Positions 49,772 through 60,481 are shown, counted from the first letter of the stretch. The stretch: DNA of 64,000 nucleotides from an uncultured Candidatus Entotheonella sp. (GCA_965215335.1 CBDCDA010000001.1:1312001-1376000), one strand, 5' to 3'. Numbers and translations are program-made. The notes: generated by a model not told the origin, from the sequence alone.

Positions 49772-50670
49772 CGGTGTCCATGCCCAGCAGAATCGCGACG
49801 ATGCGCTCAACCACACGGCTTCGCGCGTCGCTATCAAGGGGCAGAAGCGGGGTATAAAGGGCCGCCCGCAGCCGCCGCTGCTCGTCGGCATTGACCGCCG
49901 CGTTGGGAAAGCGGTCGAGAAGCTCTTCGGCGCGTTGCGCCAGGTCCAAAGTGGCGATGCCGGCAGCGCGCAGGCTGGCGTCGTCCTTGAGCGCCCAGTG
50001 AACGCCGAAGGCGCGCGCTGACAGGCCGCTGGCTTTCGCCGCTGTCGCTGCCGTTTCCTTTTCCCTGGCCAAGACGGTCAGCCGCTCCATTGCTTCCAGC
50101 CCGGATAGGGTGCGCTCCGCCAGGTCCTTGAGGATGCGTTCGGCGCGTTCCTTCAGAGGCAGCAGCACGGGCTGGCTTTCGGGTTCGCCGGTGATTTCCT
50201 GCCGCAGCCCGCGCACCAGGTTGAACACCTTGGCTTCGTCCGGTCCCGGCTCGTTGCGCAGCGCCTCCAGGGTGCGCAGGTCGAACGTCACGACCTTCGT
50301 CCGATAGCCCAGGCCTTCCTGGGTTGCGCCCTCCGCCACCAGGCCGTGGGTCTTGCGAGCCAGGTCCGCAGCGTAGGACATGTCCTCCGCGTAGGCGTTG
50401 CGCACCGCGGCATAGAGTTGGGCCAGCCGTTTGAAGGTATCGATGTGGCCGCGCAGTTCCGGCGAAGGGGACAGAATTTCCCAGAGCGCCTCGATTTCTT
50501 TGTATGCCTCGAAGAACGCCTTGCGCGCCTCTGCTTCCAGAAAGCGCCCGTAGAGGATCCGTTCTAGACGCTCGTCGGCGCTGCCGCCGCCAGCGTCTCG
50601 CAAGTAATCGGCGTTGGCACCGGCGATTTTGTCGTGAAAGTCATGCATCAGCAGATCAAGATCCTCAATC
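49758..50670 (-). pseudogene. hsdR: C-terminal remnant of a type I restriction subunit R
   Basis: [24 protein letters not shown]...KVFNL... resembles HsdR C-termini; no helicase motifs remain; followed by the M48 peptidase. 5' boundary approximate. Confidence 0.6.
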
Positions 50671-50804
50671 GCTCCGCGCTGTATATGTCTCCAGAGAACG
50701 GACGATCGTGGATGATAACGTCGTCCTCTGAGCATGAGCGGGACAGCGAAATTTGCACGCTCGTGTTGGCGACCTTGCGCGGACACACCAATATGAACTT
50801 GTGC

Positions 50805-52337
50805 TTATGGGATATGATCACGGCGAATAGCCTCCCAAAATCGACGGCTCAACCGCTTCAGGAACGACCGAGCCTCTCCGGGGCTGCGAATGTCCCGCAT
50901 CCTGTTGAGCAAGCGCTCCCATTTGCCTGAATACTCCGCCGTCCTTGTCGCCGTGGCGCGGTCTGCATCGTCCCACGCCGCTCCGGCGACCCTGAGCCTC
51001 AGCGCCTTGGCGCGTATCGCCCGCACCTCGCCGAAGTCGGTGGGGCTGCCTCCCGTCCGTCGCGCCCGGTGGAGCGCCCACGCCCGGGTGATCGACACGC
51101 GGGACTCGTCGGGGAGCACCGATACCGCGGCGACCGCGTCTCCGAGTTTCACGCGCAGACGATGCACCAAGTCTTTGGCGAACATAACGGTAGCAGGAAG
51201 CCTGACATGGAACGAAGCGGCGGGGAATTCGTCAAGGGGCGCGCCGGCGGAGCCGACTCGTACGCGCGGGTCCGCTCCGAACTCGTCCCGGAGCCACGCC
51301 AGTCGCTCATCATTGTCGTCGCCCGCTTGCGTTTCGATTCTCACCACCAGGTCGTGCACACGATCGGCCAGGACGGTCCCGGTGGTCTCGATGACCTGGA
51401 CGGCTGAACTATGTCCCGCATCGATGGTCACCACATACTGAGGCACGGTGAAGACTCGACCGGGCCTGTTTCTGCGCAACGAGTCGTGGGCGATCAGGTG
51501 AGCTGCTTTCCCAAGCTGCCGCCGACGCTGCCGCCGTTTGGAGTCTCTGCCCTCATCCCATCGGCCCTGATGCCATGCGAAGGCATTCCGAACCGGCACC
51601 AGCAATCCGCCGTACGTATACGCCCGGTAGCCGAATTCGGTGTCCTCCAAGCCCCAGCGCACGAACGATTCATCGAATCCGCCTACCAGTTCGTAGAAAT
51701 GCCTGCGGATCCCGAAGTTTGCCGCGACCAAAACACTGTACAGGTCGTCGGTCCTTGAGGTCAGATCGTTGGATCGCAGCAGGTACGCTTCAACCCACGA
51801 CCGGTCCACTGGCCGGTCCGAGAATAGCTCTTTCAACGATCCCGTCCGGCGTCGAACCATCTCAGCATCGATGCCGTCCATCGCCACATGACCGCGGGGT
51901 CCCAACGTCAGAGCGTCGGAGACAACGTGGTGCCAGCGGGCGTGCGCCACCATCCAGTCCGTCTCCGCCAGCATGTCGCTGTCGAGAAAGAGCAGGATGT
52001 CGTGAGCGGCCGCCCGTACGCCGGTGTTTCGCGCTCTGGCCAATCCGAACCCGCAACGCTCCTGACGCAGCACCTTCATGTCCAACAGTGTCGACCGAGG
52101 TCGCTCCAGTGGCGGTTCCGACCCATCGTCCACGATCACCACCTCGAACAGGTCGCGCGGGTAGGTCTGCCCTTCCAGCGCCGCCAGGGTCCTCGCCAGC
52201 GTCGCGCGGGGGGGGGGGGCGTATACCGAAATGACTACGCTGACCGGCAAGGTGGGCTTGAACGCCTCGGGCGCCGGCACATCCACCTGCCGCCAGTCGT
52301 TGTAGCGGACGGACGCAGGTCCAAGCTCAGGACTCAT
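50805..52337 (-). CDS. Glycosyltransferase family 2 with C12 tract; start codon lies inside an IS5 remnant
   Basis: VSVVISVY, VDDGS, ARARNTG, LFLDSD, GGFDESF..WGLEDTEFGYR. Confidence 0.8.
   Translation of the reverse strand: MSPELGPASVRYNDWRQVDVPAPEAFKPTLPVSVVISVYAPPPRATLARTLAALEGQTYPRDLFEVVIVDDGSEPPLERPRSTLLDMKVLRQERCGFGLARARNTGVRAAAHDILLFLDSDMLAETDWMVAHARWHHVVSDALTLGPRGHVAMDGIDAEMVRRRTGSLKELFSDRPVDRSWVEAYLLRSNDLTSRTDDLYSVLVAANFGIRRHFYELVGGFDESFVRWGLEDTEFGYRAYTYGGLLVPVRNAFAWHQGRWDEGRDSKRRQRRRQLGKAAHLIAHDSLRRNRPGRVFTVPQYVVTIDAGHSSAVQVIETTGTVLADRVHDLVVRIETQAGDDNDERLAWLRDEFGADPRVRVGSAGAPLDEFPAASFHVRLPATVMFAKDLVHRLRVKLGDAVAAVSVLPDESRVSITRAWALHRARRTGGSPTDFGEVRAIRAKALRLRVAGAAWDDADRATATRTAEYSGKWERLLNRMRDIRSPGEARSFLKRLSRRFWEAIRRDHIP
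52208..52219 (-). repeat. Homopolymer C12 (G12 on +) in the 5' coding region of the GT2 gene
   Basis: TAC GCC CCC CCC CCC CGC = YAPPPR, currently in frame. Confidence 0.9.
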
Positions 52338-53585
52338 AACGTCGGCCTCCGGCAATGCGGGCAGCGCCATGTCCGCCCCACGATAGTCGCTGACCTGGCC
52401 CGCAGTCAACATCATGACGACGGGCTTGCCGTCGCCGTCGCAGACGGCGTGAAGTTTCGAGTTGAGGCCGCCTCGGGTACGCCCGATATGGCGCGGAAAA
52501 GCCTCGCCCCGAGCAGGCTGGCAGCGGTGCGATGCGCCTTGAGATGCGTGCCGTCGGCGGCCGCGGTCGAAGACACCGGCCTTGCTCCAGCGCACGAAGC
52601 GGTTGTGGATGATGCCGCTGATGACCTTGCGGTCATCGACGCGTGGGATGCCCCGCACCTTCGAGCAGACTGCGCGTATGAAGTCAGGGTCTTGAATCTC
52701 GTCATATCCCCAATGATAAACTTTTTCTAGGCTCAGGACCTATAAAAGGGTATCATTGATCATGTAGGATTCAAGACCCTGACTTCATAAGGAGGTTCAT
52801 CATGCCCGATCACTGCTTCTGGCTATCCGACGTGCAGTTTGCCCGCCTGAAACCCCTGCTACCCAACAAGGTGCGGGGCGTCCCACGCGTCGATGACCGA
52901 AAAGTCATCAGCGGCATCATCCACGTCATTCGATACGGTCTGATGTGGCGCCACGCGCCCGCCTGCTACGGTCCCCACAAGACGCTCTACAACCGCTTCG
53001 TGCGCTGGAGCAAGGCCGGTGTCTTCGACCGCATCTTCCAAACCTTGGCCGCCGACAGCACGGCCACCGAGACCGTCATGATCGACAGCACGCATCTCAA
53101 GGCGCATCGCACCGCTGCCAGCCTGCTTGAGGGGGGGCTTTTCCGCGTCATATCGGGCGTACCCGAGGCGGTCTCAACTCGAAACTTCACGCCGTCTGCG
53201 ACGGCGACGGCAAGCCCGTCGTCATGGTGTTGACTGCGGGCCAGGTCAGCGACTATCGCGGGGCGGACATGGCGCTGCCCGCATTGCCGGAGGCCGACGT
53301 GCTGATTGCCGACAAGGGTTATGACAGCAACCGGCTGCGCAAGGCGCTTGCCGAGCGCAAGATCAAGCCCTGTATTCCAGGCCGTGCCAATCGTAAAGAG
53401 CCGATTGTCTACGACACGGAGCTTTACAAGAGCCGTAATCTCATCGAGCGCCTGTTCGGTCGTCTCAAGGATTGGCGTCGCATCGCCACGCGCTATGACC
53501 GGTGTGCGCACACCTTTTTCAGTGCCATCTGCCTTGCTGCCACGGTCATCTTCTGGATATGAGTCCTGAACCTAGGTCCTGAGCC
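52324..53585 (-). mobile_element. Older, internally deleted IS5-family copy, interrupted by IS5 copy 3
   Basis: Right end at 52324-52338; deleted transposase pieces (RGIPRVDDRKVISGIIH|NRFVRWSKAG); rest of the left end GGTCCTGAGCC at 53575-53585. Confidence 0.82.
52730..53572 (+). mobile_element. IS5-family insertion sequence, copy 3 (843 bp; transposase 52802-53562, frameshifted)
   Basis: Same ends, TA duplication in CTAG context. Confidence 0.92.
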
Positions 53586-53588
53586 TAG

Positions 53589-56277
53589 CTTGACTTTGTA
53601 CAAAACGAGGGGGTATCCAAGGGCATCGGACCCGTGTTGCAAGATGGCAGATTCCACTCCAACCATCTTGCAGCGAAGTCAACGATGCCCCCTTCAACAC
53701 ACACTAGTAGATCGTCAATCTCTAATGACCGGATATAAGCTACGCAACTTGATCCGTGCATCAGCGGTGGTAAAGCGCCACTGAACCGGCTGGCTCGTTT
53801 GATTGCGGCGTTCGGTCCAGGCGCTTACTTGATTGTGCAGCGTGTCGATGTCAGCCACCCGGCGGGTCAAACACTGACGGGCCAACACGCTGAACTCCAA
53901 CTCAGCCATGTTCAGCCAACTGCCATGTTTCGGCGTGTACACAAACGACAGCTTGTCCAACAATGCGCGCGCCTGCTCGGGCGCAAACGCCTTGTACAGC
54001 GAAGCACCGCTGTGGGTGCTCAGATTGTCCATCACCAGCGTGATGTGCTGCGCCTGCGGATAGTCTTCTTCGACCAACCGGCGAACCCCTTCGGCCCAAG
54101 TCAGTGCCTTGTGGTCAGCAGCCACGTCGACCCGCCGCCAATCGTCAAAGGGCGCATAGTACATCAACAGATGACCCACCCCGTTGCGCTCATATTCGGC
54201 ATCAAAGCGGGCCGTGTGACGCGGGCTCATCGGCAGCGGCGCCCGTACCTCCCGAACACACTGCTTGGTGGTCTCATCCATGCAGATTACCGGGTCGGCC
54301 GGGTCATACGGACGCGTGTACACGTCAAGGACGTGCTCCATCGCACACACGAATGCCGCGTCCTGCTGAGGCGCTATGCACCACATGTCCTGACGCCACG
54401 GCTTGAGTTCGTTTTTTTAGCACTTGGCGTACCGTTTCGTGCGATATCGTCTGCACGATCTGACGCCGTTTCAACTCATCGGCCAACAGATGCAAGGTCC
54501 ACCGAGCGCGTCCGTCCGGTGGTTCGCCGCAGGCGAGGGCGATCAACTGCGCCTCGCCCACGCCATCAAGCACGGTTGCGCGCTCGCGGCTACGCTGGCG
54601 CCGCCCCAAGGCGGCCTCTAGACCTTCCAGCACACAGCGCTTGCGCACCTGTTCCACCGTGGTCCGGTTCACCTCGACCTGCTCTGCCACCTCTCTGTCG
54701 AGCTTGCCCGGCCCGTGTTCTCCTTGGTCAGCCAGTAGCAGGATGTGTGCATGGCGGCGACGGTAGGCGGCCACTCGGCCCGTCTTTATCAGTTTCTCCA
54801 GTTCGATCCGTTCCACCGCACTCAAGCGGACCACGAAGAGTTTCTTCACCTCATCCCCTCCCAGTGTGAATGTGACTCGCGGAGGGTTTGCTATTATGCT
54901 GGAAAATCTCATTGGAGAGCTACTAGCACCCTGCTGGCGCCCTTTCAAAGTCTCTTCAGCGCACCCACTTGGCGCAAAGTCCAACGTCTGCTCATCGGCA
55001 CCTTGTTGGCCCGCGGACGGCGCACCGTCACGGCAGCCCTGCGACACACGGGGCAGCAAGGCACCCCGTCGTTCAGTCTCTACCATCAGGTGTTCAACCG
55101 CGCCCGATGGTCCGCTCTCAAAGGCAGTCGCTGTTTGCTGTCCCTGCTGGTGCAAACCTTCGGTGGTGCTGGCGGCAGCCTTCTTCGTCATTGACGAAAC
55201 CCTGGAGAGACGCTGGGGACGACGCATCAACAAGCGCGGTCACTACCGGGACCCCTTGGCCTCCAGCCGCAAGTGTACCGTGAGCACCAGTGGACTGCGC
55301 TGGATCGTTCTGACCCTGATTGTCACGCCGCCCTGGAACACACGCCCCTGGGCCTTGCCCTTCCTGAGCGTGCCGGCACCGACGCCACAGGTCAGTGAGC
55401 GCCTGGGGCTGAGACACAAGACCATTGCCCAGTGGGCACGCCAGATGATCCGGGTGGTGCGGCGTTGGTTGCCGCACGTCGCCATCACCGTGCTTGGCGA
55501 TCAAGCCTGTAGTGTCGTGGAACTCGCGCATGTCTGTCGGTGCTGTGGGGTGCGCCTGATCGCTCCCCTGCGCCTCGATGCGGTTCTCCATGAAGCGGCG
55601 CCCGCGTGCCAACCAGGCACGCGGGGGCGCCCGCGTCTCAAGGGCAGGCGCCTGCCCACCCTGGCCGAACGTCTCGACGACGCGGCGACCCGCTGGCAAC
55701 TCCTGCGTGTGCGCTGGTACGATGGCCGCGTGCGGTGCTTGCAGGTCACGAGCGGCACGGCCCTGTGGTATTGCAGCGGCCAGCCGCCCCTGCCGCTCAG
55801 ATGGGTCCTGGTCCGTCACGGTGACGCCCGGTACCGGCCACGGGCGTACTTCTCGACGTGTCCGGGAGACGAGGCCGGCGATATCGTGACGTGTTTCATC
55901 AAGCGCCGGAGCATTTAGACGACGTTCGAGGAAAGCCGTGCCCACGTGGGCTTTGAGACGCAGCGCCAGTGGTCGGACTTGGCGATTGAACGGATTACGC
56001 CGTGTCTGCTGAGCTTGTATTCGCTGGTGACGCTGTTGGCTCATGACTTGTATCTGGACGGTCGCTTGGCGGTGCGAAGGGGCGTCTGGTACGCCAAGGA
56101 GCAGGCGACGTTCAGCGACGCTTTGGCAGCGGTGCGGCACCACCTGTGGGAGGCCGAGTATTTTTCAACATCGGCATCCGACCGCGACAGGGTAGAAATT
56201 CCTCGTGTCTATCTGCAGAACTTGATGCAAGCGCTCTGTTACACGCACTGACTTGACCAAATTCGTACAAAGTCGAG
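53589..56277 (+). mobile_element. IS701-like element, inactivated (IS630 insertion, frameshift near 55180, TAG at 55916-55918)
   Basis: TIRs CTTGACTTTGTACAAA / TTCGTACAAAGTCGAG; reconstructed ORF from ATG 53685: MPPSTHT|STLLAPFQSLFSAPTW...GRRTVTAALR...IDETLERRWG...LMQALCYTH. Confidence 0.8.
53707..54923 (-). mobile_element. IS630-family IS with TA duplication; transposase 53715-54849 in two frames joined at an A7C slippery site (54411-54418)
   Basis: Imperfect TIRs GTAGATCGTCAAT / GTAGCTCTCCAAT; RARWTLHLLA HTH; DETTKQ, VMDNLSTH, TPKHGSWLNMAE. Confidence 0.9.
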
Positions 56278-56310
56278 CTGACACCTGTCCATATAAACCC
56301 GCCTGTCCCG

Positions 56311-57549
56311 CAGGGTAAGCGCATATGAGGATTGCCCAGCGTTCTGATTCAGGTTATGCAGAGTCATCGCGTATGAGGACACTCAACCTGGAGAGGAATT
56401 GAGCATGGAAAAACTCGCATCGTCCCGACTCCTGGATCACTTTGCCTCGGTCAGTGATCCGCGCGGCCCCAACATCCGGCACTCCTTGTTTGACATCTTC
56501 GTGATTGCCCTATGTGCCGTCATCAGTGGTGCTGAGGGCTGGGAAGATATGGAGGAGCATGGTCAGGCTCAGGCCGATTGGCTCAAAGAGTTTCTCGACC
56601 TGCCCCATGGCATTCCCTCACCCGACACCTTTCGTCGCGTGCTCTCTCGGCTTCAGCCGGAAGAACTCACGCAGTGCTTTATCAACTGGACGGACAGCCT
56701 GCGCGAGTCGATCAAGGGCGAGATTGTCGCCATTGATGGCAAGACCTTGCGGCGCTCCTTTGACCGCGCTGCGGCCAAGGGTGCCATCCACATGATCAGC
56801 GCTTGGGCCAGTGCCAATCGGCTCGTTTTGGGTCAACTCAAGGTCGATGACAAGTCCAATGAAATCACTGCCATTCCCCACTTGCTTGGGCTGTTGGCAT
56901 TGGACGGGGCGACGGTGACAATCGACGCCATGGGATGCCAAAAGGAGGTCGCCCGCAGCATCGTCGAACAAGGGGCGGATCATGTCTTGGCTCTCAAAGA
57001 CAACCATGCGACGCTCCACAATGAGGTCAAGCTCCTTTTCGACGCGGTCACGACGACCGGGCTGACGGATGTGACGGTCGATCATTATCAGAGCGTCGAT
57101 GCCGATCATGGTCGTATCGAGACGCGCCGCTATTGGCTGACGAGCGATATTGAGTGTTTGGGGGTGAGGGGCTCGTGGGCAGGCATTGCCAGCATTGGCA
57201 TGGTTGAGGCACAGGTGGAACGTGGCGACGTAGTGTCTTGTGAGCGGCGTTATTTTCTGACCTCGCCTGGATGTGATGCGGAACGTTTTGCGCAAACCGT
57301 GCGGCAGCATTGGGGCATTGAGAATTCGCTCCATTGGGTGCTTGACGTGAGCTTTCGGGAAGACGACTGTCGGATTCGTCAAGACGCGGGTGCGCAAACG
57401 ATGTCGGTGCTGCGTCATATCGCCCTGAACCTGATACGACGCGAATCAAGTCATAAGCGTGGCGTGAAGGCCAGACGAAAACGGGCCGGGTGGGATCACA
57501 GCTATCTGCTGCGGGTCTTAACCGGATAATGCCATATGCGCTTACCCTG
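56311..57549 (+). mobile_element. ISAs1-family IS (second type) with 17-bp TIRs and 10-bp TSD
   Basis: CAGGGTAAGCGCATATG / CATATGCGCTTACCCTG; TSD GCCTGTCCCG at 56301-56310 and 57550-57559. Confidence 0.93.
56405..57529 (+). CDS. ISAs1 transposase, intact frame
   Basis: AIDGKTLR, KSNEITAIP, IDAMGCQ, HGRIETR, RQHWGIENSLHWVLD. Confidence 0.92.
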   Translation: MEKLASSRLLDHFASVSDPRGPNIRHSLFDIFVIALCAVISGAEGWEDMEEHGQAQADWLKEFLDLPHGIPSPDTFRRVLSRLQPEELTQCFINWTDSLRESIKGEIVAIDGKTLRRSFDRAAAKGAIHMISAWASANRLVLGQLKVDDKSNEITAIPHLLGLLALDGATVTIDAMGCQKEVARSIVEQGADHVLALKDNHATLHNEVKLLFDAVTTTGLTDVTVDHYQSVDADHGRIETRRYWLTSDIECLGVRGSWAGIASIGMVEAQVERGDVVSCERRYFLTSPGCDAERFAQTVRQHWGIENSLHWVLDVSFREDDCRIRQDAGAQTMSVLRHIALNLIRRESSHKRGVKARRKRAGWDHSYLLRVLTG

Positions 57550-57641
57550 GCCTGTCCCGTCCTCGCCTGGACTCATGCCGGGCGATGGGGTAGCATCAGC
57601 AGCCTTGCGTCCACCCCTGCTCCCTTGGCCCGGAGGTCCCG

Positions 57642-59993
57642 ATGTCTCGCCGACTGACGCCAGCCGACCTACGACGTGCCCTGCCTGACGTGACCTCGAC
57701 GCTGAAGTTGCCCGGCCTGGAAAAGCCGGTCGACATCTGCCGCGACCGCTGGGGCGTGCCGCACCTGCGGGCGGCCAGCGAACATGACGCCTTCTTCGCC
57801 CAGGGGTTCGTGACGGCGCAGGACCGCTTGTGGCACATGGATTACGACCGTCACCGGGCGTTGGGGCGCTGGGCGGAGTTCGCCGGGCCGGGCGCGTTGC
57901 CGGAGGACCGGCTGATGCGGCGGTTTCGCGTCGAGCGGGCGGCGCGCATGGATACGGAGGTGACGGGCGAAGCGGCGCGAGACATGCTGACGGCCTATAG
58001 CGACGGGGTGAACGCCTTCCTCGCCAGCACCCGCGCGCTGCCGGTCGAATACACCCTGCTGCAAGCCACCCCGGAGCCGTGGGAGCCGTGGCACTGTCTG
58101 GCGGTCTACAAGGTTCGCAACATGCTGATGGGAACGTTCGAGATGAAGCTGTGGCGGCTACGGCTAGCCCTCGGGCTGGGCGTGGAGCGGGCCGCGGCGC
58201 TGTTCCAGGGCTATCCGCAGGGCAGCCTGGTGACCGTGCCGCCGGGCGAGACGTACGACGGGCCGCCATTGTCGTGCCTCGACGAACTAGCCGCCGCGGC
58301 CGCCGCCTGCAACTGGCTGGGCGAGGTCGACGCGGGCAGCAACGCTTGGGTCATTTCCGGCGCCCGCACGGCTTCCGGGCTGCCGCTGCTGGCGGGAGAT
58401 TCGCACCGCGCCCTCGACACCCCGAACGTCTACTACCAGGTGCACGCGGCCTGCCCGTCGTTCCGCGTCAGCGGCTACGCCCTGCCCGGCGTTCCCGGCG
58501 CCCCGCACTTCAGCCACACCGACTACGTCGCCTGGGGCATGACGCACGGCTACGCGGACTATCAGGACCTGTTCATCGAACGCTTCCGCAGCCGCCACGA
58601 TGGGTTGGCATACGCCTGGCAGGACGACTGGCACCCCGCCGAGGTCACCGACGAGACCCTGCACGCGCGTGGCGCGGCGCCCGAGACCATGCAGGTGGTA
58701 GCAACCCACCACGGCCCCGTCATCGCTGGCAACCCGCACGCCGGGCACGGCCTCGCTTTCAGCCATCCCGGCACCAACAGCGGCACGCCGTGGGCCAACA
58801 CACTGTACGACCTGTTGCGGGCCCGCTCGGCGGACGAGGCCGAGGAAGCGCTGCGGCCCTGGACGGAGCCGGTTAACAATTTCGTCTACGCCGACGTGCA
58901 CGGCGAGTTCGGCTACCGCTACCGTGGGCGTATCCCCATTCGCCCCATGGCCAACGCCTGGACCGCCGTGCCCGGCCGGAACGGGCAATACGAATGGCGC
59001 GGCACCATCCCGTTCGCGGACATGCCGCAGACCCGCAACCCGTCCGCCGGCTACGTCGTCACCTGCAATCAGGGCGTGGCGCCTGCCGATTACCCGTATT
59101 ACATCAACACCTACTTCGGCGCCGACACGCGCGCCCAGCGGGTTACGACCCGCCTGCAGGAACTGCCGACCGGCAGCGCCACGGTGGCGAACATGGCCGC
59201 GGTGCACGCCGATCGCCTGTCGCGCCCGGCGCAGATATGCCTGCAGGTGCTCGCGCAAACGTCGCCGCCCGCCGATCCGCTGGTTGCCGAAGCCCGTGAC
59301 CGACTGCTGGCCTGGGATTGTCGCATGGACCGCGATTCGGTAGCCGCGACGATCTACGCCTCCCTGCGCGCCTGCTGGCTGGAAGCGGTGCTGAAGGCCG
59401 CCCTCGGGCCGTTCGCCGACGAAGCCCTCGGCACCGCCGGCACCGGGCGCGGCGCCCCGACGCACGCCCTGCAGCTCTACACCCGCGCCATCCACGCCAT
59501 GGCGGCAAACGATCCCGTGTCCTTGCCGTCCGGCCAAACTTGGCCGCAATGCCTGAAGGCCGCCCTGCAACGCGCCGTCAGCGACCTGCGCCAACGCCTC
59601 GGCGACGACATGCAGACTTGGCAGTGGGGCACGTTGCACCGCACCCGGCCGCAACACCCGCTGTCGCGCGTCTTCCCCGCTTGCGCCGACCTGCTCAATC
59701 CGCCGCAGATCCCCGCCGGCGGCGACGGCGACACGCCGCAGCAGGGCGGCAGCTGGACCGCGCAGCGCTTCATCCTGACCTCGCTGTCCGTGAACCGTTA
59801 CATCCACGACCCCGCCGACTGGCGCCGCAGCCGCTGGATCGTGCCGCTGGGCGCCTCGGGCCATCCGGGCAGCCCCCATTACGCCGACCAGGCCGCCCTG
59901 TGGGCCGATGTTGAGACCATCGCGCAATTGTGGGACTGGGACGACATCACGGCCGCGGCCGAAACCCGCCAGCGCCTGCTGCCGGTGCCCTGA
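57642..59993 (+). CDS. Penicillin acylase / acyl-homoserine-lactone acylase family (Ntn hydrolase)
   Basis: RDRWGVPH, AQDRLW, autocleavage G-SNAW, GASG.PGSPHYADQ. Confidence 0.93.
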   Translation: MSRRLTPADLRRALPDVTSTLKLPGLEKPVDICRDRWGVPHLRAASEHDAFFAQGFVTAQDRLWHMDYDRHRALGRWAEFAGPGALPEDRLMRRFRVERAARMDTEVTGEAARDMLTAYSDGVNAFLASTRALPVEYTLLQATPEPWEPWHCLAVYKVRNMLMGTFEMKLWRLRLALGLGVERAAALFQGYPQGSLVTVPPGETYDGPPLSCLDELAAAAAACNWLGEVDAGSNAWVISGARTASGLPLLAGDSHRALDTPNVYYQVHAACPSFRVSGYALPGVPGAPHFSHTDYVAWGMTHGYADYQDLFIERFRSRHDGLAYAWQDDWHPAEVTDETLHARGAAPETMQVVATHHGPVIAGNPHAGHGLAFSHPGTNSGTPWANTLYDLLRARSADEAEEALRPWTEPVNNFVYADVHGEFGYRYRGRIPIRPMANAWTAVPGRNGQYEWRGTIPFADMPQTRNPSAGYVVTCNQGVAPADYPYYINTYFGADTRAQRVTTRLQELPTGSATVANMAAVHADRLSRPAQICLQVLAQTSPPADPLVAEARDRLLAWDCRMDRDSVAATIYASLRACWLEAVLKAALGPFADEALGTAGTGRGAPTHALQLYTRAIHAMAANDPVSLPSGQTWPQCLKAALQRAVSDLRQRLGDDMQTWQWGTLHRTRPQHPLSRVFPACADLLNPPQIPAGGDGDTPQQGGSWTAQRFILTSLSVNRYIHDPADWRRSRWIVPLGASGHPGSPHYADQAALWADVETIAQLWDWDDITAAAETRQRLLPVP

Positions 59994-60062
59994 ACGCATC
60001 GTTCCGGCCGCGGCGTTGGGCACCCCAGCCCTGCTTTCATGGCAGGCAATTCCGCCCTGCAC

Positions 60063-60161
60063 GCCATGCCGGGCTCGACCCGGCATCCAGGCGTTTTCCA
60101 GCGGCTAAGAGCCCCCGGACTTGTTCCGGGGTCGCTGGATTCCGGCCTTCGCCGGAATGAC
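60063..60161. repeat. Composite palindromic REP/BIME-like element
   Basis: GCCATGCCGGGCTCGACCCGGCATCCAG ... CCCGGACTTGTTCCGGG ... CTGGATTCCGGCCTTCGCCGGAATGAC. Confidence 0.7.
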
Positions 60162-60172
60162 AGGAGACCCGC

Positions 60173-60481
60173 ATGCCGTACCGACTGTTGCCCATCGACA
60201 ATCCCGCCGCCCCGCCCCTCAATATATCCGCCCGCCTGCGCTCCCAACTGGTGTACTTCATGACGCCGCCGGACGAGCCACACGTGCCGACGCTGGAGCC
60301 GAGCGATTACTGGATCGACGCCGGGCAGGCCGCCGAGTGGCTGGCGGATGGCGTATTTGAATTGGTGTCGCCGCTGGACGGGCAGCGCCCGACGAGCATC
60401 GAGCTGTCCGAAGAACAGGAAGTGTTGTTCGAGTGGCTCACCGCACACGCGATTCAGCACGTACGGGTGACAGAGACGTAG
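60173..60481 (+). CDS. Hypothetical protein (102 aa)
   Basis: AGGAG RBS, protein-like composition; no family recognised. Confidence 0.6.
   Translation: MPYRLLPIDNPAAPPLNISARLRSQLVYFMTPPDEPHVPTLEPSDYWIDAGQAAEWLADGVFELVSPLDGQRPTSIELSEEQEVLFEWLTAHAIQHVRVTET

Noticed and set aside
50805..52658. Genuine 617-aa transposase-glycosyltransferase fusion protein
   Set aside because: The N-terminal ~107 aa are patchy, partly out-of-frame IS remnants. The SD-ATG at 52337 is a more plausible start.
55916..55918. In-frame TAG as pyrrolysine or readthrough
   Set aside because: It lies in a transposase already broken by an IS630 and a frameshift, at a position expected to be Glu (GAG to TAG nonsense)
58287..60086. 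Long antisense ORFs (also 4125-5501, 22837-24213, 31022-32356, 39458-40834)
   Set aside because: Shadows of well-supported genes on the opposite strand, expected in high-GC DNA; no motifs
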